Source of the DNA: Candidatus Collierbacteria bacterium RIFOXYD2_FULL_45_13
Lineage (GTDB): Bacteria > Patescibacteriota > Microgenomatia > UBA1400 > MFAQ01
DNA: 64,000 nt
Direction of reading: 5' to 3'
Assembly: GCA_001774685.1 (NCBI GenBank)
Contig: MFAS01000001.1
Location: forward strand, 543,557-607,556
In this document: in pieces, positions 57,373 to 64,000 of the stretch
How positions within the stretch are numbered: position 1 is the first letter of the stretch
Layout of the letters: every line of letters starts with the position of its first letter
Made by a program: the position numbers and the translations under genes
Notes under the pieces: model-generated
Databases searched by the model: none
Seen by the model: only the letters and a program-made list of their open reading frames with translations
What the model was told of the DNA's origin: nothing

Positions 57373-58224
57373 ATGAAAATAAAACACATTCTTCCAGTCT
57401 TTATATTTGCCTTACTTCTCGCCGGTTGTGGGCCTCAAAAAACCGGGACCGCACCGACAAGCAATAAGAACCAACCGCTGGTTACCAAGCTCTTGGTGAA
57501 CGAACTGCCTCTCAAAGACCGACCTTTCACGGTGCTGGTGCCTCATACTACCAATCGTCTATTCACCTTTGTCACTATCGGTGCAGACAAGGCACAATCT
57601 GCCTCCGTGGACGTGGAGTACCAGTCCGGAGACCTCCTGAAAGGGGCTAGGGCTTCGATTGACACCCCCATTGCTAGTACCTTTGTCAAAGCCATTATCT
57701 TGGGTAGCTGTTCGACTGGGGGTAAATGCACTTTTGATACCGACCTAAAGTCCGGTACAGAGAAACTTAAACTAACGTTCCCCGGTCAAGATGTGACCCA
57801 CGTTCTTAAAGGCGACTTCGTTTTTTTGATGGGTCAGAAAAATCTGCCGGACGGCAAGGTTGTTTTTGAACCCTCAAAGCTCACCGCCAAAGAAAATTTG
57901 ATCATGCTCAACTCATTTGGGTTACCTAAGCCCATAGATCAAGGTTCTCTTGAGGTCTTACTCTACCCAATCGTAATTTCTTCCACGAACGATAAGGTTA
58001 TTTCCGGTAGCTTCACCATTAATCAAGCCGGCGTTAGCTCCGCCGCCATTTATGATGGCTCGGGCTATAGACCACTGAAGATTGCTCAGAAAGAAAACGT
58101 CGTTACCATCGCACTCAACCAAAAACCTTGGTCCATGAAAGCCGAGATCACTCGCGATGATGAAAAAGGCTCCAAAGAATCGCTGACTCTATATCTTCTC
58201 GGCCCAATTGTTCTATACAAATAA
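57373..58224 (+). CDS. Hypothetical lipoprotein
   Basis: Signal peptide with lipobox LLAGC; motif LGSCSTGGKC. Confidence 0.7.
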   Translation: MKIKHILPVFIFALLLAGCGPQKTGTAPTSNKNQPLVTKLLVNELPLKDRPFTVLVPHTTNRLFTFVTIGADKAQSASVDVEYQSGDLLKGARASIDTPIASTFVKAIILGSCSTGGKCTFDTDLKSGTEKLKLTFPGQDVTHVLKGDFVFLMGQKNLPDGKVVFEPSKLTAKENLIMLNSFGLPKPIDQGSLEVLLYPIVISSTNDKVISGSFTINQAGVSSAAIYDGSGYRPLKIAQKENVVTIALNQKPWSMKAEITRDDEKGSKESLTLYLLGPIVLYK

Positions 58225-58408
58225 TTCATCCCGTTCCCAATTAATCGGATTATTGAGGATATATTCTTGAATTCGGTTTAAATCGCCCTCGTCGCGGACG
58301 ATGTGTTCATAATAATTTCGTTGCCAAATACATAAATCAGTATTGTTTGAAATACGTCGGATTTCCTTGGTGCATTCGGATTTAAATAATCCAACAATAT
58401 TTCCCACC

Positions 58409-58432
58409 GTAGGGGCGGGTCGTGCCCCGCCC
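58409..58432 (+). repeat. GTAG-family REP hairpin within the RAYT CDS
   Basis: Sequence GTAG-GGGCGGG-TCGTGC-CCCGCCC; a partial extra arm CCCGCCC lies at 58450-58456. Confidence 0.8.
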
Positions 58433-58587
58433 GAAACATCAGGACGTGACCCGCCCGATAAATTAATCACAAAATGTATATGATTGGGCATTATTTGGTA
58501 TGCGTTCAATTCCATATGATGGTGATTGGGTAAGGAATTCAATACGTTATCAACAATTAACCCAATTCTATTCAATTTCATATGTGC

Positions 58588-58611
58588 GGGCGACCCACGG
58601 GTCGCCCCTAC
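58588..58611 (-). repeat. GTAG-family REP hairpin within the RAYT CDS
   Basis: Minus strand GTAG-GGGCGACCC-GT-GGGTCGCCC, a perfect 9-bp stem. Confidence 0.85.
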
Positions 58612-58832
58612 GGGGTCATTCACAATTTCCCCAAACAGACATTCTCTATCCTGGGTACAAATGGTCACAAAATAGGTTCCATTCAAAGAATAATCATAAC
58701 CTTTCAGTCTAACTGACCTTCTGTTTGGCAAATCATTATTCATAAAAATAATGTTATCACTCGTCAATCCTGAGCCGGCCGAAAGGTTTTCACACCCACT
58801 TTACACAAACAAAACTAGCCTTGCATTAGGTC

Positions 58833-58883
58833 TTGACATGTCATATATTGTGTATCATACTGAAAAGTGGTGACAAGTGGTGA
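58833..58883 (+). promoter_or_regulatory. dcw/mraZ promoter with MraZ-box direct repeats
   Basis: TTGACA at 58833-58838; CATACT 17 nt downstream; AAGTGGTGA twice at a 10-nt period (58865, 58875), matching the known GTGG-type MraZ boxes. Confidence 0.7.
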
Positions 58884-58920
58884 AGTAACCTATAAACACC
58901 ACTGAGCCTGCCTATGAATT

Positions 58921-59349
58921 ATGTTTACTGGACTCTACTACCATCGGCTGGAAGCCAAAGGGCGCCTAGCTATTCCTCAAGCCTTCAGGGAAGGACTAGC
59001 ATCCGATGGAGTCATCACCTCGGGGCTGGATGGCTGTCTATTTCTTTTCCCCAGCTCATATTGGCAGAAGTTCTCCGAAAAGCTGGCCTCGCTACCGCTG
59101 ACCAACCAGGCAGCCCGAAATTTGACACGACTCTTGGTGCAGTCAGCCGTCGCTCTCGACTTGGACGGACAAGGAAGAACTCTCATACCGGAATATCTAA
59201 GGAATCAAGCCAACCTAAAAAAGCAAGTGGTCGTCGCCGGATCCCTGACCAGAATTGAGATCTGGGATCAAGAAACGTACCACCGGCACCTTGACTTAAT
59301 AGCGCAAACAATTAACGAAGGGGATGCCCTTAGTTCACTCGACATATGA
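58921..59349 (+). CDS. mraZ: Division/cell wall cluster transcriptional repressor MraZ
   Basis: Motifs MFTG.Y.H.L..KGRLAIP..FR, GLDGCL, LDGQGR.LIP and RIEIWD. Confidence 0.95.
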   Translation: MFTGLYYHRLEAKGRLAIPQAFREGLASDGVITSGLDGCLFLFPSSYWQKFSEKLASLPLTNQAARNLTRLLVQSAVALDLDGQGRTLIPEYLRNQANLKKQVVVAGSLTRIEIWDQETYHRHLDLIAQTINEGDALSSLDI

Positions 59350-60281
59350 CGAAACATATCGATAGACACATCTCTGCCTTCAAAGACGAGTTAAAGAAAC
59401 TTTATGGTTTTAAGCCCGGTTATCTTTTTTTAGATCTTACCCTTGGGGATGGTGGGCATACCGAGGAAGCTCTCAGGAGCGGCTGCCGAGTCGTCTCATT
59501 TGATATTGATGAAGAGTCAATCAAGCGAGCCATCGGCTATATCAAAGATTTTCAACCCATTATTTTCGACGACAGGGATGAATACATTCGAGTGCCCAAA
59601 GATTTTAATTGGCTAATCATTAAAAGTAACTTCACCAAAGTCACCGAAATCAGTAAGAGACTTTCTTTACCGGACTTCGATGGTGTGATTGTGGACCTTG
59701 GTCCTTCTCAGTTTCAAGTTCTTTCCGAGGGTCGTGGCTTTAGCTTTTCAGGAAACGAACCGCTTGATATGAGACTGGACCAAACTCTTGGAGTGACTGC
59801 CGCCGATCTATTGGCCGTTCTCAACGAAGGCGAACTGTTCGAACTCTTCTCTATGGCCGACGAGTCTTACGCCAAGCCGATTGCCCGTATCATTGCCAAG
59901 CAAAGGTTGATTACGCCCATCACCACCACCAAACAGCTTAGCGATCTCATAACTCGGATCAAAAAATTCCGAACCGAAGGACGAATCCACCCCGCCACCA
60001 AAGTCTTTATGGCTCTCCGTATGGCCGTCAACCTTGAAAGAGAGAACATCAGACTACTACTACCTCAGCTACCCAATCTACTCAAAAAAACCGGGATCTT
60101 AGGAGTTATCAGTTTTCATTCCGGAGAAGAAAAGTTGGTTAAGGATTTTATCGAACTATGCGAAGCCAACAGTATTCTCAGCGCTATTAATAAAAAACCG
60201 ATCGAACCGTCCGACAAAGAATTATCAATCAGTCAACGAACCAGAAGTGCCAAATTACGTCTCGCCGAAAAAATTAATTAG
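59346..60281 (+). CDS. rsmH: 16S rRNA m4C1402 methyltransferase
   Basis: Motifs DLTLGDGGH, DLG.S, RGFSF..PLDMR, HPATKVF.ALR..VN.E, ISFHS and RSAKLR. Confidence 0.95.
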   Translation: MTKHIDRHISAFKDELKKLYGFKPGYLFLDLTLGDGGHTEEALRSGCRVVSFDIDEESIKRAIGYIKDFQPIIFDDRDEYIRVPKDFNWLIIKSNFTKVTEISKRLSLPDFDGVIVDLGPSQFQVLSEGRGFSFSGNEPLDMRLDQTLGVTAADLLAVLNEGELFELFSMADESYAKPIARIIAKQRLITPITTTKQLSDLITRIKKFRTEGRIHPATKVFMALRMAVNLERENIRLLLPQLPNLLKKTGILGVISFHSGEEKLVKDFIELCEANSILSAINKKPIEPSDKELSISQRTRSAKLRLAEKIN

Positions 60282-60555
60282 TTACCGTACCGTCTTCGCC
60301 ATTACCGGCGTGATCTTATTTGGCTTGGCTGCCATTAATCTTATTGGCACCAATGTCTTGTCAACTCAGGGTTTCGCTGTTAGTGAATCCGAAACCAAAA
60401 CCTTACAGCTGGAAAAAGAGAATCAAAAGCTATCTGTTAAGATAGAGGAAGCCACCACTCTCGCTAGTCTTGCAAAGCTGGCTGAGAATCGTGGATTTAT
60501 TAGGTCAAAAAGTATAGTTTTTGTTCCTTCTACCTCTACTTTTGCCTCCAGATAA
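60247..60555 (+). CDS. ftsL: Putative cell division protein FtsL
   Basis: Single TM plus coiled coil and A...GF tail; lies between rsmH and ftsI. Start position uncertain. Confidence 0.6.
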   Translation: MPNYVSPKKLISYRTVFAITGVILFGLAAINLIGTNVLSTQGFAVSESETKTLQLEKENQKLSVKIEEATTLASLAKLAENRGFIRSKSIVFVPSTSTFASR

Positions 60556-60558
60556 TTC

Positions 60559-62232
60559 ATGTTAAACAAATTGGGGATAACGCATAACCGACTCAGGGTT
60601 ATTACCTTTCTGATTCCCATTGTTTTTTTTATTCTTATTCTCCGTTTGTTTTACTGGATGATCCTTCGTGGACCGGAGCTTCGAGCTAAGTCCGAACGTC
60701 AGCACCAAATGGTTACGATCCTTAAAGCGAAGAGGGGGAATATATTTGACTCTGATGGCGGCATATTGGCTGGTACCAAAAACCTATATCATCTATTTAT
60801 CTACAAGCCTCAACTGGTGGTCTCCGCTAGTGATTTAGTCGAGCAGTTGCTCTCCTCCCTCACTCCGGATAAAGAAGCCAGTACCGAGAGTGACCTGCGA
60901 AACTACTTAAATGGCCGATTATCTCTTAAATCAAACTGGGTTTCTCTCAAGCACTATCTGAGTGCTGAAGAAAAAGAAAAAATCGAAAGCCAGAAAATCG
61001 CCGGACTGGGGTTCGAAGACGAATACGTTCGTTTTTATCCGGAGGCCAGTATGGCCGCTCAAATACTGGGTTTTGTGGGTCAGGACGCAGCCGGCCAAGA
61101 GCAAGGATATTTTGGCATCGAAGGGTATTTTGACAGAGTTCTCAAAGGTCGAGAAGGCAAGGTCCGCACCGAAAAAGATGGAGAGGGGAACCCTATTCTG
61201 ATTGGTAACTATCAATTTCTTCACGCAGTCGAAGGCAAATCCATCCACACAACCGTCGACAAGAAAATCCAATTCATTGCCGAAGGTATGTTAAAAGAGG
61301 GTCTAGTCCGCTACGGTGCCTTGGCAGGCAATGTAATCGTTATGGAGGTCAGTACAGGTAAGGTTCGTGCCATGGCTGCATTTCCAAATTACGACCCGGG
61401 AAAGTTTTCCGAGTTTGATAAAAGCGCTTATAAGAGTCCAATGACCGCCGATCTCTTTGAGCCCGGATCAATCTTTAAGCCTCTTGTTATGGCCGCAGCT
61501 CTAAACGAAAAACTAATTACTCCGGAAACTCAATGCGACATCTGTTCGGGTCCAATCAACATCGGTAAGTACTCAATCAAAACTTGGGATGGAAAATACT
61601 ACCCATCGACAAGTATGACTAGCGTTATTGTTCACTCCGATAATACCGGGATGGTTTTTGCGGCCCGCAAATTGGGACCGAACAAACTTTCCAATTATCT
61701 CAAGAAATTCGGATTGGGAACCAAAACCGGCATTGAAATTCAAGAAGAGGTTGCTGGAACCGTTCGTGATGGAAAAGAATATGGAGATATTGACTTGGCG
61801 ACCAATTCCTTCGGCCAAGGTATTGCTATTACTCCGATACAAATGATCACGGCACTGAATACGATCGCGAACAACGGCAAATATATCAGTCCGACCCTAA
61901 TTGAAGGTGGTACTCCGGCCACCTGGGATGTTCTCAGCCCGGAAGCCGTTTCTCAAATTACTCAAATGATGATAACCGGGGTCGACTCCGGAGAGGCCAA
62001 ATGGGCTAAGCCTGTGGGTATGTCCGTGGCCGGGAAAACAGGCACGGCACAAATTCCCATTGAGGGTCATTATGATCCCCAAAGAACCATCGCCAGTTTC
62101 ATAGGGTTTTTCCCAGCCCAAAATCCCCGCTACACCATGCTAGTTTCACTCAGGGAGCCTCAAACCTCACAGTGGGGTTCTGAAACAGCGGCACCCCTCT
62201 GGTTTGGTATTGCCAAACAACTTTTGCTATAA
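60559..62232 (+). CDS. ftsI: Class B penicillin-binding protein (FtsI/PBP3)
   Basis: Motifs RGNIFD, R.YP, EPGSIFK (SxxK), SDN (SxN) and GKTGTAQ; dcw position. Confidence 0.9.
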   Translation: MLNKLGITHNRLRVITFLIPIVFFILILRLFYWMILRGPELRAKSERQHQMVTILKAKRGNIFDSDGGILAGTKNLYHLFIYKPQLVVSASDLVEQLLSSLTPDKEASTESDLRNYLNGRLSLKSNWVSLKHYLSAEEKEKIESQKIAGLGFEDEYVRFYPEASMAAQILGFVGQDAAGQEQGYFGIEGYFDRVLKGREGKVRTEKDGEGNPILIGNYQFLHAVEGKSIHTTVDKKIQFIAEGMLKEGLVRYGALAGNVIVMEVSTGKVRAMAAFPNYDPGKFSEFDKSAYKSPMTADLFEPGSIFKPLVMAAALNEKLITPETQCDICSGPINIGKYSIKTWDGKYYPSTSMTSVIVHSDNTGMVFAARKLGPNKLSNYLKKFGLGTKTGIEIQEEVAGTVRDGKEYGDIDLATNSFGQGIAITPIQMITALNTIANNGKYISPTLIEGGTPATWDVLSPEAVSQITQMMITGVDSGEAKWAKPVGMSVAGKTGTAQIPIEGHYDPQRTIASFIGFFPAQNPRYTMLVSLREPQTSQWGSETAAPLWFGIAKQLLL

Positions 62233-62259
62233 AACGTCAAAAAGATTAAAATAGACTAA

Positions 62260-62628
62260 ATGTTCAGTAGACTTAGAGCCCACAGGGTATCTTTCAGGCA
62301 CGCCATTGATGGTTTTGTTCATAACATCAAAACTCAGCCAAACTTTCGTTTCCACCTCTTGGCTACTGTCTGTGCCGTTTTGCTCGGAATATATTTTTCG
62401 ATTTCTTATTTTGAATGGTTAACCCTGGTTTTCACGGTCAATATGGTTTTGGTGGCGGAAATGGTGAACACCTCTATTGAGTCCATGGTCGATCTCATTT
62501 CTCTTGAGAGAAGAGAGGATGCCAGAATAGCCAAAGATGTCTCCGCAGGAATGGTCTTAGTCTCTGCCGTCATGGCCACAATTGTTGGATCGCTGATTTT
62601 TATACCAAAACTAATGAGCGCCCTATAA
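62260..62628 (+). CDS. dgkA: Diacylglycerol/undecaprenol kinase family protein
   Basis: Motifs SF.HA..G, NFRFH, AE.VNTSIE..VD and AKDVSAG.V. Confidence 0.9.
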   Translation: MFSRLRAHRVSFRHAIDGFVHNIKTQPNFRFHLLATVCAVLLGIYFSISYFEWLTLVFTVNMVLVAEMVNTSIESMVDLISLERREDARIAKDVSAGMVLVSAVMATIVGSLIFIPKLMSAL

Positions 62629-62630
62629 AC

Positions 62631-63656
62631 ATGGATATCTTACTTGGAGTTCTCCTTGCTTCGTTTATCATCCATGCCTTTTTGATTGTACCTTTTGTAA
62701 ATTTCCTTTATAACTTAAAATTTTTCAAAAACCGGACGGCCGTGGCCAAAGAAAAGATCGACGAAGCCTCGGTTCATATTCGTTCAAAGGCCAGGACGCC
62801 TGAAGGGGGAGGACTCCTCATCCTGGTGGTTACCAGCTTCATTTTTGCCTTGACCCTGCCTTTATTAAGTAGACTCGGATACGAAATTACTCATGTCTAT
62901 CCCATAAATGACGAAATCAACATCATCTTTTTTACCTTTGTTTCCTTCGGTCTTCTTGGTCTTTATGACGATATCGTCAAGTTCTTTGAACTTGATAGAC
63001 AAGAGGGTTATACCGGACTAAAAACCGGCTACAAGTTTATGATTCAAGGAGTGCTCGGTCTCATTATCGGCGCCATGATGTTTATCAACTTAGGCATCGA
63101 CATCATTCACATACCTTTTTTTGGGGTGATTCATTTTGGTCTATGGTTTATTCCTACTTCCGCTTTCTTGATTGTGGCCTTTGCCAATGCCGTCAACATT
63201 ACCGATGGTATGGATGGTCTCGCCTCCGGCCTCCTTATGATTAGTCTTTTTGGATTTCTGATTCTTTCCACTTCCATTCTGGACACTCCACTTTCAATCT
63301 TTATTGCCCTTTGGTTGGGAGGACTAATCGCTTTCCTGTACTTTAACGTATTTCCGGCACGTCTGTTTTTGGGGGACGTGGGTGCTCTGGCATTTGGCGC
63401 GACTTTTGCCATGGTCGGACTCCTCACCGGTAAAGTAGTAGCCCTTATGATAGTCGGATTACCGTTCTTAGTTGATGGTTTTAGCAGCTTGTTGCAGATC
63501 CTCTGGGTCAAAACTTTTCATCGCCGCATATTTCCCATCGCGCCACTGCATTATTTGCTTCTTAAAATTGGCTGGTCGGAGCCGAAAATTGTCCAAAGAG
63601 CTTGGCTGGTCGGCATCATGCTCGTTGTATTTGGGATCTGGTTATCCATTATTTAG
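62631..63656 (+). CDS. mraY: Phospho-N-acetylmuramoyl-pentapeptide transferase (divergent)
   Basis: Motifs TP.GGG, GLYDD, NAVNITDGMDGLA, PARLFLGDVG, APLH and GWSE.KIV.R.W. Confidence 0.87.
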   Translation: MDILLGVLLASFIIHAFLIVPFVNFLYNLKFFKNRTAVAKEKIDEASVHIRSKARTPEGGGLLILVVTSFIFALTLPLLSRLGYEITHVYPINDEINIIFFTFVSFGLLGLYDDIVKFFELDRQEGYTGLKTGYKFMIQGVLGLIIGAMMFINLGIDIIHIPFFGVIHFGLWFIPTSAFLIVAFANAVNITDGMDGLASGLLMISLFGFLILSTSILDTPLSIFIALWLGGLIAFLYFNVFPARLFLGDVGALAFGATFAMVGLLTGKVVALMIVGLPFLVDGFSSLLQILWVKTFHRRIFPIAPLHYLLLKIGWSEPKIVQRAWLVGIMLVVFGIWLSII

Positions 63657-63658
63657 CC

Positions 63659-64000
63659 ATGAGACGCGATTCAAAAAACAGGCTACCTCTGGCTATCCTT
63701 TTTACAGGCATTGTTGTTGCCTGTTTTGGCTTATTGGCGATATATGATGCTTCCGTAATAGATGCTTACCGGACTTTTGGCGACAAATTTCACTACGTTA
63801 AACAGCAGGCGCTTTGGTTGGTTGTTGGGGTCATCGCTGCATTGGTTACCTCAAACATACCGATACCTTGGATCAAAAGGAACGCCCATCTCCTTTACGG
63901 AGCCACTCTTATATTAATGTTTCTGGTCCTTATCCCAGGTATCGGCTCAAAATTTTTGGGCGCCAGAAGATGGCTTGTGTTCGGACCGGCAATTCTACAA
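63659..64000 (+). CDS. ftsW: SEDS peptidoglycan glycosyltransferase FtsW (partial; runs off the window)
   Basis: Manual translation MRRDSK..GLLAIYDAS..FGDKFHYVKQQ..PGIG..GARRWL..GP. Confidence 0.9.
   Translation, partial: MRRDSKNRLPLAILFTGIVVACFGLLAIYDASVIDAYRTFGDKFHYVKQQALWLVVGVIAALVTSNIPIPWIKRNAHLLYGATLILMFLVLIPGIGSKFLGARRWLVFGPAILQ

Larger units (their letters stand above)
58213..58743 (-). mobile_element. REP-associated tyrosine transposase (RAYT; IS200/IS605 Y1 HUH family)
   Basis: Motifs RRSVRLKGYDYS, YFVTICT, MPNHIH (HUH), WQRNYYEHIVR and YILNNP (catalytic Tyr). ATG 58743 chosen as start. Confidence 0.9.

Noticed and set aside
2465-58224. Rho-independent terminators at convergent gene ends
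   Set aside because: The convergent genes overlap or abut (2465/2480, 35737/35740, 38656/38690, 53226/53229, 58213/58224), and I found no convincing hairpin plus U-tract.
58213-58800. Complete IS200/IS605 insertion sequence with tnpB
   Set aside because: There is no tnpB and no clear subterminal end hairpins; the motifs fit a solitary RAYT.
610-63747. Numerous short 60-160 aa ORFs antisense to or nested in the main genes (e.g. 39698..40168, 30815..31216, 17125..17517)
   Set aside because: They are fully overlapped by genes with clear family motifs and have no motifs of their own, so they are shadow ORFs.
1-64000. CRISPR array, rRNA, tRNA, integron attC array or DGR template/variable repeat pair
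   Set aside because: No regularly spaced repeats, no RNA-gene-sized gaps with recognisable motifs, and no integrase or reverse transcriptase seen. The 6845/6966 pair differs by indels, not by adenine-specific substitutions.

Overview
This is gene-dense bacterial DNA, most likely Patescibacteria/CPR of Microgenomates type. That assignment is inferred from gene content (DUF4012, many GT-C proteins), the reduced dcw layout and the lack of Shine-Dalgarno motifs. About 1.3-56.8 kb is one very large cell-surface glycosylation island. It encodes about 11 GT2, 6 GT4 and 8-9 multi-TM GT-C (PMT/ArnT/PIG-V-like) transferases, two Wzx flippases, a WaaL-like ligase and an initiating phosphoglycosyl transferase. 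It also encodes gmd, rmd, manC, galE, four methyltransferases, an acetyltransferase, a split transketolase plus epimerase module, a ferredoxin plus B12-radical SAM pair, a Kelch protein and a thermonuclease. The island is followed by recO, a lipoprotein, a RAYT-type HUH/Y1 transposase and the start of the dcw cluster (mraZ-rsmH-ftsL-ftsI-dgkA-mraY-ftsW). The most notable observations are: palindromic repeat elements inserted in-frame in a glycosyltransferase gene; an inverted pair of GTAG-REPs inside the RAYT gene, bracketing its own HUH motif; TAnnnT boxes 6-8 nt before many start codons, suggesting leaderless and often bidirectional promoters; a candidate branched-sugar Gtr-like cassette; a NUDIX-like/GT-A-like fusion; and a Bro-N relic. 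I saw no rRNA, tRNA or CRISPR array.
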